A DNA stretch of 64,000 bases from an uncultured Rhabdochlamydiaceae bacterium (GCA_963712275.1 CAVQHD010000001.1:672001-736000); one strand, 5' to 3'; positions 48,203-58,597 are shown, counted from the first letter of the stretch. Numbers and translations: made by a program. The notes: a model not told the origin generated them from the sequence alone.

Positions 48203-50868
48203 TCTCCCCAATTTTTCCCAACAGAAATGTGAACTTCGAGGGGAACTTTCAGCTTCATCACATGTTCCATGCGGTGTTTGACTTCTTTTGCAAGGGTATG
48301 GATATGGTCATCGGTTGTTTCAAATAATAATTCGTCATGAATTTGAAGGAGCATGAATCCAAGATGGGAGTGGCTGAGCAGCAGCCCATCGATTTCAATC
48401 ATGGCAATCTTAATGAGGTCTGCTGCAGTTCCTTGGAGGGGGGTGTTAATGGCAAGCCGCTCAGCTGCTGATCGAAGCGCTCCATTTTTGCTGGAAATCT
48501 CCGGAATAGGACGTTGCCGCCCTGTCATTGTCACTGCCCGTCCTGTTTTACGGACCGATTCTTTGCAGAATTCTAAAAATTCCTTTACGCGCTTATACCT
48601 CTCAAAATAGGCATCGATAAACTGAGAGGCTTCTTTATAGGCGATGCCTAGACCTTGGGAAAGACCGAAAGCCTGCTGTCCATAGAGAATCCCGAAGTTG
48701 ACGGCTTTGGCCCTTTGACGCATCTCATCGGTCACCTCTTTGAGAGGAATGTCGAAGACAAGTGATGCTGTAAAAGCATGGATGTCCTCTCCTGCATTGA
48801 AGGCTTTAAGAAGAATGGGGTCTTCGCTTAAATGAGCTAAAAGGCGGAGTTCAATTTGAGAGTAGTCTGCAGAAAGAAAACTCCATCCACGAAGCTCAGG
48901 TTTGAAGGCGGTTCGAATTTTTTTCCCTTCCTGCGATCGGACAGGGATATTTTGAAGATTAGGATCTTTGCAAGAAAGCCTCCCTGTCGCCGTCACCGAC
49001 TGATTAAATGTAGTGTGGATGCGGCCTGTCACAGGATGAATTTCTTCTGGGAGAGAGTCGACATAGGTTGAACGTAATTTCTCAAGAGTCCGATATTCAA
49101 GAATTTGCTTAGCAATAGGCGCGGCCTCTTGGAGTTCTTCGAGCACGTCAGCGTTTGTCGAATAACCCGTGGCGGTTTTTTTGGGAGGAGAGATCCCCAT
49201 CTTGTCAAAAAGAATAGCGCTCAGCTGTTTTGGTGAATTGATATTAAACTCCTCTCCTGCCAAACCATAAATCTTTTGCTCCAGGCGGTGAAGTGCGCTC
49301 GCAAGTTCTTTAGACATTTCTTTGAGCTCGTCTCGATCGACATAAATTCCTCGGCGCTCCATCCGCAAGAGGACGGGAATGAGAGGGAGTTCAATCGTTT
49401 TTAGAACAGATTCTACCCCTTGTTTTTCGAGCTCTTTTTCAAAGAGTGCCCGAAGTCGAATCGTGTAGTCGACATCCTGACAGCAGTAATCTGTGATTTG
49501 ATCGAGGGGAACATCAGCCATCGATTTCTGGTTTTTCCCTTTGCCAATGAGAGCTTCGATTGGAGTTTTAACAACATGAAATTTTTCTAGCGTCAGAGTA
49601 TCTAAATTATGGCGTGGGTTTTGAGGCGTTAAAAGATAGGAGGCTAAAATCGTGTCGAAGGAAATCCGAGGCAGGGGAAGGGCTGCATTGGCAAGAGTGT
49701 GGAGGTCGTATTTAATGTTATGGCCAAAGAAAGATTTTTTTGGGTCATCTAAGAGATTTCGCAAAGTTTCTAAGGCAAGCTTTTTTGGAAGGGGCCCATT
49801 CAAGGGAATATACCAAGCGGTCTCTGGATGGATCCCAAGCCCAATTCCAACAAGTTCTGCGCACATGGGGCGGATATCGGTTGTTTCGACATCCAGGCAG
49901 AGATCTCGCTCTTCTTTAAGGGTTTCGTATAGAGCGTGGAGCTCTCCTTCTGTTTGCACGAGGCGGTAGTTGTGGGAGGCTGCCTGTTTTTTCTCTTGGC
50001 TTAGAGGAAGCGCTTTTTCATCCATCTCCTTTAGTAAAGAGAGGAAATGCATCTCATGGTAGAACTGCTTGAGCTCTTCTAACCGCGGATGTTTGATATG
50101 AAAGAACATCTCTTCCTTTGGAAAATCGATATTCAAGTGAAGGGTGGCAAGCTTTCGGCTTAAAAGGGCGATTTCTTTTTGCTCGCGGAGCACGTTTTGT
50201 TTTTTTTCTCCAGGGACCTTATCGGGGTGGGCCAAAATGGTGTCAAGATCGCCGAATTGCTGGAGAAGGGCGACGGCGGTTTTAGGACCAAACCCCTCAA
50301 GGCCGGGGATATTGTCTGAAGCGTCGCCCACCATTGCAAGATAATCAATCATCTGCTCAGGGGTGACTCCAAAGAGCTCTTTCACTTTTTCAGCATCGAT
50401 TTCAAGGTTGTCTTTACTGGGGTTGATAAGGTGGATTCTATCGCAGACGAGTTGGCATAAGTCTTTGTCGCTGCTGCAGAGCTTCACTTTGATTTTCTGT
50501 TTGTCTGCCCATACAGCGATGCTTCCGATCGTATCATCCGCTTCCACCCCCGGCACAGAAAGGAGCGGGATGCCGGCAAGTTCGCACCAGTGGGAAGCTT
50601 TTTCGAGTTGGGGAAACAGATCTTCGGGCATTCCCTTCCGATGGATTTTATAATCTGCAAAAAGATCTAGCCGGCTTTTTTTGTTATTAGGCCCATCAAA
50701 GACCGCAACCAAAAAATCGGGAGAAAAATCGGCAATGATCTTATAGACCGATCGAATAAATCCAAAAAGGGCATTTGTCGACTCACCCTTCGGATTTGTC
50801 ATCGGTTGAATGGCGTAATAAGCCCTGAAAAGAAAGTTAAGGGAGTCAATGATGAAAAGTTGTTTCAT
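48196..50868 (-). CDS. polA: DNA polymerase I
   Basis: EADD and GDASDNIPG in the 5'-exonuclease; TGRLS, DYSQIELR, KAVNFG and QIHDEL in the polymerase. Confidence 0.98.
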   Translation of the reverse strand: MKQLFIIDSLNFLFRAYYAIQPMTNPKGESTNALFGFIRSVYKIIADFSPDFLVAVFDGPNNKKSRLDLFADYKIHRKGMPEDLFPQLEKASHWCELAGIPLLSVPGVEADDTIGSIAVWADKQKIKVKLCSSDKDLCQLVCDRIHLINPSKDNLEIDAEKVKELFGVTPEQMIDYLAMVGDASDNIPGLEGFGPKTAVALLQQFGDLDTILAHPDKVPGEKKQNVLREQKEIALLSRKLATLHLNIDFPKEEMFFHIKHPRLEELKQFYHEMHFLSLLKEMDEKALPLSQEKKQAASHNYRLVQTEGELHALYETLKEERDLCLDVETTDIRPMCAELVGIGLGIHPETAWYIPLNGPLPKKLALETLRNLLDDPKKSFFGHNIKYDLHTLANAALPLPRISFDTILASYLLTPQNPRHNLDTLTLEKFHVVKTPIEALIGKGKNQKSMADVPLDQITDYCCQDVDYTIRLRALFEKELEKQGVESVLKTIELPLIPVLLRMERRGIYVDRDELKEMSKELASALHRLEQKIYGLAGEEFNINSPKQLSAILFDKMGISPPKKTATGYSTNADVLEELQEAAPIAKQILEYRTLEKLRSTYVDSLPEEIHPVTGRIHTTFNQSVTATGRLSCKDPNLQNIPVRSQEGKKIRTAFKPELRGWSFLSADYSQIELRLLAHLSEDPILLKAFNAGEDIHAFTASLVFDIPLKEVTDEMRQRAKAVNFGILYGQQAFGLSQGLGIAYKEASQFIDAYFERYKRVKEFLEFCKESVRKTGRAVTMTGRQRPIPEISSKNGALRSAAERLAINTPLQGTAADLIKIAMIEIDGLLLSHSHLGFMLLQIHDELLFETTDDHIHTLAKEVKHRMEHVMKLKVPLEVHISVGKNWGEC

Positions 50869-51908
50869 CCTGAAGGTTGGTAGTAATATAAAAATTTGCC
50901 GCTGAGCTCGCTCATATCGGAGCTTCCAAGTCCAAGAGCGCCTCGAAATGCTTTCATTGGGGCAATTGTTTGCGCGAGGTTGCTAAAGAAGGGATGCGGG
51001 GGAGTCAGCTGAACCACTTGATAATGTTCTTTATCATCAATTTTGGCTGCAGAGGCAAGCATTTGAACAGCTTCGCTATAGTCGCTATGCCCACTGTCAA
51101 CATAACCCAGTTTTTCGGCTTCTTGCGCGATAAACACATGGGCTCCGTACTCATTGATGAGCTTATCTTTTGTCAACATGGGACGGGCAGCCGCCACAAT
51201 AGAAACAAACCGATCATACAGAGCTGCCATGATCGGTTGTAAAGGGGCTCCTTCATCAGGCGTCCAGGGACGAAACGGGTTTAAACTATCTTTGTCTTTT
51301 CCTTGTGTCAAGGTCAAAGCGGCAACTCCATATTTTGTCATGGCGTCGGCAAAGTTAAAATTAGGCCCCATTCGGACGCCGACAGATCCTATAATACTTG
51401 AAGGGCTTGCAAAGATTTTGTCCGCTGCACAAGCAATATACATCCCTCCGGAGGCGCAAAGGCCATCGACATAGGCGTGGATTGGGATGTTGTATTTTTG
51501 TTTATAGGCCATTAAGATCCGGTAGATTGTATCTGCGTCTGATGCAGCGCCGCCAGGCGTGTCTAAATGCAGGAGGACCCCTTTGACGCGACCTCCCTTT
51601 AGAAAATCTTCTTGTGAGTCGAGAAGCACATTGATCATCTTCTCGCTTGTCAGATCTCCTATCCCAATGACCCCATGAAAATCAAGTCGAAGAAGAGCCG
51701 GCGCGCTGGCTGGCAGCATCATCCGGTTTCCAGCGGCATCTGGCATGATAAGAGTTTCTGGTTTGGGAGGGAGAAAATTAGGCCCTGTGATAACAGCTAG
51801 CCCAATCCCTACAATCCCAAAACCTAAGGCAACGCCTAGAATGATCGCAACCGATTTACAAAACGACCGAACTGCTCCCCCAAAGATCGATTCGCGAGTG
51901 AATTCCAT
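50865..51908 (-). CDS. S49 family peptidase (SppA/SohB-like)
   Basis: DTPGG, CASGGMYIA and IIGSVGV motifs. Confidence 0.9.
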   Translation of the reverse strand: MEFTRESIFGGAVRSFCKSVAIILGVALGFGIVGIGLAVITGPNFLPPKPETLIMPDAAGNRMMLPASAPALLRLDFHGVIGIGDLTSEKMINVLLDSQEDFLKGGRVKGVLLHLDTPGGAASDADTIYRILMAYKQKYNIPIHAYVDGLCASGGMYIACAADKIFASPSSIIGSVGVRMGPNFNFADAMTKYGVAALTLTQGKDKDSLNPFRPWTPDEGAPLQPIMAALYDRFVSIVAAARPMLTKDKLINEYGAHVFIAQEAEKLGYVDSGHSDYSEAVQMLASAAKIDDKEHYQVVQLTPPHPFFSNLAQTIAPMKAFRGALGLGSSDMSELSGKFLYYYQPSG

Positions 51909-51972
51909 ACCTTGCCTTTTGTTGATTAAACCTATCTTAGAAGGTTATCTATAAATCATCAACACCCACAAT

Positions 51973-52758
51973 TTAAGAAATGGAAATCCATGTTGCTACA
52001 ATTGGCACGCCATTACTGGAAGTGATTCGAAGATACTTTCTGTCTGAAATTGATTTTCCATCAGCAGGGCGCTCATAGCCATAGAGCAGTTCAAATGCAG
52101 CATCCCGAACTTCATCTAATTCCCTTTGAACCAGTTGGTCTAAGGAGGTGATCTTGGAAGATATCTTCGCTAGATAAGCTTTAGCCAGTGGGCGTAAAGC
52201 TTGGTTGGAGCAAATAATTTTATAGATGTGTGTAGTTGCTTTGTCTGTACCTTTGTCTGGCTTTTCTACATCAAAATTTTTCAATCCTATATCGAGCTGT
52301 TGATCAAGATTTTCTAGTTTTTCATTAAGCTGTTGTTCATTCATCCGTTTTTTAGGATCGAATCCTTTGCTTAATTCTTCGCGAAGTAACCTTCTTTTTT
52401 CATGAGCGACAGCTCGAAGGCCAGAAGAGATTCCTGCAAAACAGATATGTACATCTCTTAATCGCTCCTCATATTCTACTGTGAGCACTTGTGTGGAACG
52501 GTTGGATAAGAGCAACGCCGTCATTCCTGCGCCTGCCAAACCGGCCGCCGCAATAGGCCCATGTTTAGAAAGAAATTTCAAGGCAGCTCCTGCGAGTGCT
52601 AAAGCGGCCAATCCCGCGGTAACGATGTAAGGATTACGTGTAGTTGTGGTCACGTATTTTTGTACATGGGTTGAGAATTGGGAGGCTACTGTTCCATTAA
52701 AATCATCAATGATTGCTTGAAACCTTGAGACGATTCCCAAATTAACTGCTGTGGCCAT
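51973..52758 (-). CDS. Inc-like membrane protein (paralogue 1)
   Basis: Bilobed hydrophobic segment of about 40 aa followed by a helical tail. ATG at 52758 is preceded by AGGAGG. Confidence 0.7.
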   Translation of the reverse strand: MATAVNLGIVSRFQAIIDDFNGTVASQFSTHVQKYVTTTTRNPYIVTAGLAALALAGAALKFLSKHGPIAAAGLAGAGMTALLLSNRSTQVLTVEYEERLRDVHICFAGISSGLRAVAHEKRRLLREELSKGFDPKKRMNEQQLNEKLENLDQQLDIGLKNFDVEKPDKGTDKATTHIYKIICSNQALRPLAKAYLAKISSKITSLDQLVQRELDEVRDAAFELLYGYERPADGKSISDRKYLRITSSNGVPIVATWISIS

Positions 52759-52875
52759 AAGAAACCTCCTTTGCGCTTTCAAAAAGAGAATTATGGGGAA
52801 TCATCTCTTTTGGCACAATTTTTTTACCTGGAAATTCAACTGATTTCTTGTTAAGCTCTTCCTCCTGGACTCATA

Positions 52876-53607
52876 TTAAGGAATCCATGGCTTTATGATG
52901 GGCACGCTGCCATCCGTATCGATAGCAAGATATGTTTTATCTGAAATCGGTTTTCCATCAGCAGGGCGCTCATAGCCATAGAGCAGTTCAAATGCAGCAT
53001 TCTTCAGTTGGGTTATTTCATACTGAACCAGTGGGTCTGAGAAACGGGATATCGAAGATGTTTTTTCTAAATAAGCTGCAGCAAGTGGACATAAATTTTT
53101 ATTGGTTTTGGTTAGTTGGTTAAAACGCCTAATTTCTAGAGTTGTGCCAGCCTCTTCCGCTCCTTCGTTAAATTTTTCTAATCTCGTAGCTAGACTTGTC
53201 TTAAGATCTTCTAATGTTTTACCAGTGACTTCTTTTTGAAGTGCTTCACATAACAGTTCCCTTTTTGCACGTGCAATTGTTCGAAGGTTATCAGAAATAC
53301 CTCCGAAACAATTGCATATATCCCTTATTCGTCCTATGTATTCTTTCGTGACTCTGTGCTGAGGGCGGTTGGATAAGAGCAGAGCTGTGAATCCTGCGCC
53401 TGCTAAAGCAGCTGCCGCCAGGGGTCCATGTTTAGAAAAAAGTTTCCATGCAGCTACTGCAGTTGCTAAAGCGGTCAGTCCTGCTGCAAAGATGTAATAG
53501 TTACGTGTGTTAATAGTTTTATAGTTTTGCACAGGGGTCAAAAACTTGTTTGTCACTGTTTCATCAAAGTCTTGAACAATGTTTTGAAATCTTTGGACAA
53601 AACTCAT
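52876..53607 (-). CDS. Inc-like membrane protein (paralogue 2)
   Basis: Same bilobed segment; shares AAFELLYGYERPADGK with paralogue 1. Confidence 0.7.
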   Translation of the reverse strand: MSFVQRFQNIVQDFDETVTNKFLTPVQNYKTINTRNYYIFAAGLTALATAVAAWKLFSKHGPLAAAALAGAGFTALLLSNRPQHRVTKEYIGRIRDICNCFGGISDNLRTIARAKRELLCEALQKEVTGKTLEDLKTSLATRLEKFNEGAEEAGTTLEIRRFNQLTKTNKNLCPLAAAYLEKTSSISRFSDPLVQYEITQLKNAAFELLYGYERPADGKPISDKTYLAIDTDGSVPIIKPWIP

Positions 53608-53717
53608 AAAGAGTCTCCTTTGTACTTTTAAAGAAGAAAATTGTAGAGGACCATTTCGTTTAGATCCACTCTTTTTTTAATTGGAAATTCAACCGATTCC
53701 TTGTTAAACTTTCTCTC

Positions 53718-54752
53718 ATGGACTCAAAGTATTTTTGGATCATTGAAGCTTTGATAGGGATTGCTATCCTGATTGTCGTTCAATATGGGGTTAGAGTTGC
53801 GCTCTCTCGGATTGAGAGGCAAGCCTTGCAATCTCGGAAGGGATGGCGGTTACACGTGGGGAAAATTTTTCGTCCTCCGCTCACAACGCTTTTGTGGGTT
53901 TTAGGAGCTCTTTATTTAATAGACTTGGTTGGAGAGCATATTGGCTTTTCGATTGCGGTCAAATACCTAGATGCCTTTCGAAAAACGGCTATAGTTGGTT
54001 GCAGCGCTTGGATGCTTTATCGGTGGAAAGATGTCATTGAACAAATTTTTTTGGCGCATCCATTCAAGAAAGTTGATGTGACGACGGTTCAAATGATTGG
54101 CCGCCTTGCCACTCTGGCAGTCGGTATTCTTACAGCCTTAATTATTCTTCAAATTTTTGGGGTTAATATCGGCCCCCTAGTTGCCTTTGGAAGCATTGGA
54201 GCGGCATCGCTTGGGTTTGCTGGGAAAGATGTGATGGCCAATTTTTGTAGTGGGATTATGCTCCAGGTTACACGCCCTTTTGTGATTGGAGATTTCATCT
54301 GTCTGCCCGAAAAAAATCTTGAAGGGTATGTGGAAGAAATTGGGTGGTTTCGCATTTCCCTTCGCGACAAACAAAAAAGGGCTGTTTATCTTCCGAACAA
54401 TTTTCTTGCGATCATGCTTGTTGTAAATGCCTCCCGCATGACACATCGGCAGATTAAGCAATCTTTAAAAATTGGGTTTAAAGATTTAAGCAAGGTCTCA
54501 GAAATTGTCAATCAAATGAGAAAGCATTTAGAAAAATGTCCTCAAATCGATACCCATTGCCCTTTGCATGTGTTCCTAAAGTCATTTGGGGACTATGCAT
54601 GTGAAATTGAAGTGGAGGCCTACTCCACAGTCATTGACCAAGATGCCTTCAACCGTCTTCAGCACACTCTTCTTTTAGAGTTTCAAGGAATTTTCCAAGA
54701 AAAGGGGGTTCAATTACCGCTTCCTATCATGTGTTGGACTGAAAGCTCTTAG
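53718..54752 (+). CDS. mscS: Small-conductance mechanosensitive channel family protein
   Basis: GFAGKDVMANF.SG, RPFVIGD, G.VEEIG and YLPN motifs. Confidence 0.9.
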   Translation: MDSKYFWIIEALIGIAILIVVQYGVRVALSRIERQALQSRKGWRLHVGKIFRPPLTTLLWVLGALYLIDLVGEHIGFSIAVKYLDAFRKTAIVGCSAWMLYRWKDVIEQIFLAHPFKKVDVTTVQMIGRLATLAVGILTALIILQIFGVNIGPLVAFGSIGAASLGFAGKDVMANFCSGIMLQVTRPFVIGDFICLPEKNLEGYVEEIGWFRISLRDKQKRAVYLPNNFLAIMLVVNASRMTHRQIKQSLKIGFKDLSKVSEIVNQMRKHLEKCPQIDTHCPLHVFLKSFGDYACEIEVEAYSTVIDQDAFNRLQHTLLLEFQGIFQEKGVQLPLPIMCWTESS

Positions 54753-54921
54753 AGACTGTCTACGGATTCAGTTTCGGTCGATTTTTGGGTCTGGTTCAAA
54801 TTCTTCATAGAGCAGGTAACACTTTTTTCGCCTTTTACCAGGAGAATGGCACAAAAAGTGTTACCCCACTTTGAACCAGACCCAAAAATCGACGAAACCT
54901 GAATCCGTAGACAGTCTCTTA
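54750..54921. repeat. About 172-bp palindromic element C (MITE/RPE-like)
   Basis: 21-bp arms at 54751-54771 and 54899-54919, 24-bp arms at 54777-54800 and 54870-54893, and an inner 12-bp stem. Confidence 0.9.
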
Positions 54922-55437
54922 ACTCTTATCCGTTGAGCTGAGGGCGAGTTTTTTGAATTGAAAGAGCTCGTAGAGTCCAAGGAGGGCAAGGATGATAAAG
55001 ACGTAGAAAAATAGAGGGGAAACAGGGTACCCGAGGGTTACCGCAACGAGGACTAAAAATTGAAGTGCTGTTGCTATTTTTCCCCACCGAATCGATCGGA
55101 ACTGGTAGGTTTGCCATAAGCCTGAAAGGCTTAAATACAAGCCAAACAAACAAAGGGCAAAATCTCGTGAAACCATCGTCAGTGCTTGCCAGAGCTCTAT
55201 TCTTTGTTCAGCGAATAAAACGCCTAATGTAAAAAAGACAAAGAATTTATCCATTGCCGGGTCTAAAACAGCTCCAAAGCGGGAGGTCGTTTTAGATCGG
55301 CGCGCCACATAGCCATCAATGCTATCTGTCAACATGGCAAGGAGAATGGACATAAGCCGAAATGTAGGGCTTTCCAATAAAAAAATAAAAGCTAGAGGTG
55401 CCCTCAGAAGGGACAAACTGTTGGACAGGTTGATCAT
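54919..55437 (-). CDS. pgsA: CDP-alcohol phosphatidyltransferase (PgsA-like)
   Basis: N.LS..R and D..DG..AR...FG..LD...DK signature. Confidence 0.88.
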   Translation of the reverse strand: MINLSNSLSLLRAPLAFIFLLESPTFRLMSILLAMLTDSIDGYVARRSKTTSRFGAVLDPAMDKFFVFFTLGVLFAEQRIELWQALTMVSRDFALCLFGLYLSLSGLWQTYQFRSIRWGKIATALQFLVLVAVTLGYPVSPLFFYVFIILALLGLYELFQFKKLALSSTDKS

Positions 55438-56060
55438 GACTTTTGTAGGTTTTCCACAGCTGCTTTTTTCCTTCGCTTATACCAAAGAAGAGTAATTACC
55501 GTCACACCGAAAGCTAAAAAAATCGTTAGGTTGATGATCTTTAGATGATCCAGTAAAGATTGAAAATTTTTCCCTAAGGTAAAAAAAAGATAGAAAGAAA
55601 CAGAGCTCCAGGTAAAAGAAGCTGGTAAATCCCATAGGGCAAATTTATAAAAAGGGATGCGGCTCATTCCTGAGGACATAAAAATGCAATTTCGGATTCC
55701 GAAGGGGATGAAACGACCTAGCATGAGCGTCCACGCCCCATATTTGCGGTAAAACTGTTCAATACGTGACATTCGAGAGGGTGGAAAAAGCTTTTGAAAC
55801 CACTTGAGCCGATGCAGTTGCTGACCTACTAACCGACCAAACCAATAAGCGATCCAGGCTGAAAAATAACAACCCAAAAAGATCGCTAAATAGAGATGCC
55901 ATACTTGCTCTGGGATTAAGGTCGCTGCAAGAAATGCAGCGCCAACAACAAGGATATCTACGCTAATGGGGATATTAAATCCCGCAAGCAGAATAGCTCC
56001 AAATATCAACCAATGGGCATGCTGCGCGTGCTGTACGATCCAATCGATGAGACCTTCCAT
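55434..56060 (-). CDS. DedA family membrane protein
   Basis: YWFGR, YG...L.GRFIPFGIR and SGM motifs. Confidence 0.9.
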   Translation of the reverse strand: MEGLIDWIVQHAQHAHWLIFGAILLAGFNIPISVDILVVGAAFLAATLIPEQVWHLYLAIFLGCYFSAWIAYWFGRLVGQQLHRLKWFQKLFPPSRMSRIEQFYRKYGAWTLMLGRFIPFGIRNCIFMSSGMSRIPFYKFALWDLPASFTWSSVSFYLFFTLGKNFQSLLDHLKIINLTIFLAFGVTVITLLWYKRRKKAAVENLQKS

Positions 56061-56164
56061 AGTCTCTATTTTACCGGTCTGACTGGTTAATAGGGGAGAT
56101 AATTATTTTTTGAGAGATCTGATAAATCATTTACATTTCAATCAGATTATTATAAATATAAATT

Positions 56165-56608
56165 ATGAATAAAAAATATTTGTTAATATCTGTTGTTGTA
56201 GGACTTATTTTAATTACAACAGCTATTTTAAAATGGGTGTTTCCTTCACCGCGAGATCCTATATTGTATTTTATTGTGGGGGCTGCTGAAGCTGCCTTTG
56301 GTGCTATTTTAATCGTCTGCCGCAGGTCATGGAGGGTTTGGGCTCTTTTTACATTGGTCCTTTCCCTTGGGGCTGGATTTTCGCTTTATACGACGATTTT
56401 TGAGCTTCCCTGTTCTTGCTTTGGGGCAGCCTTTGAGTTTCCTCGAGGGGTGCCGCTGAGCTTAAATGGGCTAATGTTTGCAGCGGCCTGGAGGGTTTTA
56501 GGCAGTTATCCATCTCATCCTATAGAGCTTAGAAGAATAATTTTGTTTTTTTCTGTTTTTTGCGTGACCGGGTTTGTTATTGCAGGGATTTATTACGGTA
56601 TAACTTGA
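56165..56608 (+). CDS. MauE/DoxX-like membrane protein
   Basis: Multiple TM helices, TA..K, E...G and CSCFG motifs. Confidence 0.65.
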   Translation: MNKKYLLISVVVGLILITTAILKWVFPSPRDPILYFIVGAAEAAFGAILIVCRRSWRVWALFTLVLSLGAGFSLYTTIFELPCSCFGAAFEFPRGVPLSLNGLMFAAAWRVLGSYPSHPIELRRIILFFSVFCVTGFVIAGIYYGIT

Positions 56609-56651
56609 CTGATTAATTATTTTTAATATATTCCTATTTTTTGGAGGGGTT

Positions 56652-56984
56652 ATGAAGAAAAATCGGTCATTAGAGGCAAATCTACAGGCAGCTAAAACCG
56701 CTGTTCACGAAATGATACGTCATTGGCATCATTGGAAAGAAGCGCGAGAGATGGAGACCAAAACAGAGGCGATTGCGGCCTACGCTGCTGCATTTACAAA
56801 CTGTAAAGTCTATATTGAAAATTATCTCAAGCATATCTATCCAAACGAGCAGAAAGTGCCGATGAAGATCTCTCAAGATATTCGGAAGATCGTTGGTGAG
56901 ATGGATGTAATTGAAAAGACAAATGCAAAAAAGCTAAACCAAGCAATTCAAGGGATAGAGCAGCTCAGCCGAGATGCGGCCTAG
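56652..56984 (+). CDS. Hypothetical protein
   Basis: 110-aa ORF with a strong GGAGG RBS. Confidence 0.65.
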   Translation: MKKNRSLEANLQAAKTAVHEMIRHWHHWKEAREMETKTEAIAAYAAAFTNCKVYIENYLKHIYPNEQKVPMKISQDIRKIVGEMDVIEKTNAKKLNQAIQGIEQLSRDAA

Positions 56985-58503
56985 GTTCTTTTTCCGTTTG
57001 TTCTGCCTGGGAAGACGGTTCTGCAGTGAGTTGATGGAATTGCTTCCCGAGAGAGCGGGTAGCGGCAACCCAGCCTCCAATGGCTATTAGAAGAAGGATG
57101 GCGACGATCGGGGTGCTTCCTACAATGGTTCCAAAAGCAATCAAAAGAAACTGATACATCAAAGCACCGCCTGATTTTCCAAGGCGTGATCCAACCCCGT
57201 CAATAGCAGCTTTTCCTTTGAGCTTGGCTTCTTGGGAAAGAGGGATAAATGCCAGTTCTTTTGTGGCATCAACAAGACTATATTTTGTTCCACGCAGGAC
57301 GCAGTTTTGAAGCGATCCAAGGAAGGCGGCAAGAGCAAGGGGTGTTGTGCCAAAGGAGATGCAGATGCCAATGAGGGATTCCTTAGGAAGAAGAAGCGCT
57401 GCAAAGAAGAGAACTCCCGTGAGAAGTGTCAAGATAGGAGAAATGAGGGCGCTTTTTGTCCAGCCAAGAGCTCGAATGGCATATCCTGAGATAAAAAGTG
57501 AAATCACGGCAGCAATAAGAGCGATCCAAAAGTTAACGCCTGCCATATAGGTATTAAAATCAGCGGCGGCAGGATAGAGTTGTTTCACTTGATCTTTCCA
57601 CACGACTTCGGCGAGATTAATGACAATATTATAAGTGACAACCAGAACGGCAATTAACATCAAATAGCGGGATTTAGCAAGGGAAGCAAAACTTTTACGC
57701 ATGCCCATTTTAATAGGCATTTCTCGGTGCTGTTTTAGAATCGCTTCGGTATAGCCGTGCCCCTGTTTATTCATCCACCAGTAAAGCCCTACGCATAAAG
57801 AGCCTGCTCCCACAATGATGATGTTCATGAAGAAGATGGATTGATCCCATGCGGTTGTCCCAAAAGGAATTGAAGGATTAAAACTTTTAGTCGATAGATA
57901 GGCAGCGATCGCTCCTGCCAAGATGCCAGAGAGGTTTGTTCCGACCCCAAAAAGGCCATAAAATCGTTTGGCATCTTTAACCGATGTTACATCGTTAGCA
58001 TATCCCCAAAATAACACGGTCATCATCATGGTGCTCCACATCTCCGCCATTACGTAGAATGTGGTGTATGTCCAGTTTCGAATGAGGGCTACCAGTCCCC
58101 GAAAGCCTTGAGGAAGAATCGATTGCAGCCTATCGGCAAAATCGTTTGGATGAAGAGTCTCTCGATTCGGATAAAGGACAAAGGTAAAAAGGATGAAATA
58201 TCCAATAAATAGCCCCATCATCGCATAAAAAATGGTCCGTCGATTCATCCGATTGGATAAGCGCGTGTAGATAAAAGTCATAAAAATAGCCATGGGTAAA
58301 ATCGCCCAGACTTTAATGAAAGGAAGAGCTTCAGCTCCTGACTCAGGGGCCGTGATCAAAACAGCGTCTTTAGAGATGCGGAGGAGGTAGTAGTTAAAGC
58401 AAATTAAGAAAGAAATGAGAAACATGGGAATGAACTTTGGATATTCCTCCCGGTAGACAGGCCATAAAAAAGCACGCAGGGTGCCAAACGGCTTTGTACT
58501 CAT
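56965..58503 (-). CDS. NTT/TLC family nucleotide transporter
   Basis: FNYYLLR.SKD, FYVMAEMW, FWGYAND and KGKAAIDGVGSRLGKSGG motifs. ATG at 58503 follows GAGGAG. Confidence 0.95.
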   Translation of the reverse strand: MSTKPFGTLRAFLWPVYREEYPKFIPMFLISFLICFNYYLLRISKDAVLITAPESGAEALPFIKVWAILPMAIFMTFIYTRLSNRMNRRTIFYAMMGLFIGYFILFTFVLYPNRETLHPNDFADRLQSILPQGFRGLVALIRNWTYTTFYVMAEMWSTMMMTVLFWGYANDVTSVKDAKRFYGLFGVGTNLSGILAGAIAAYLSTKSFNPSIPFGTTAWDQSIFFMNIIIVGAGSLCVGLYWWMNKQGHGYTEAILKQHREMPIKMGMRKSFASLAKSRYLMLIAVLVVTYNIVINLAEVVWKDQVKQLYPAAADFNTYMAGVNFWIALIAAVISLFISGYAIRALGWTKSALISPILTLLTGVLFFAALLLPKESLIGICISFGTTPLALAAFLGSLQNCVLRGTKYSLVDATKELAFIPLSQEAKLKGKAAIDGVGSRLGKSGGALMYQFLLIAFGTIVGSTPIVAILLLIAIGGWVAATRSLGKQFHQLTAEPSSQAEQTEKEPRPHLG

Positions 58504-58597
58504 GCTCCTCGTGTTGACTACCACTAATTATATGGACTTAAGAGTTAAATTCAAGGAGAGAGTTGGGAGTACGCAGGATGCAGGAAATTATAATAAA

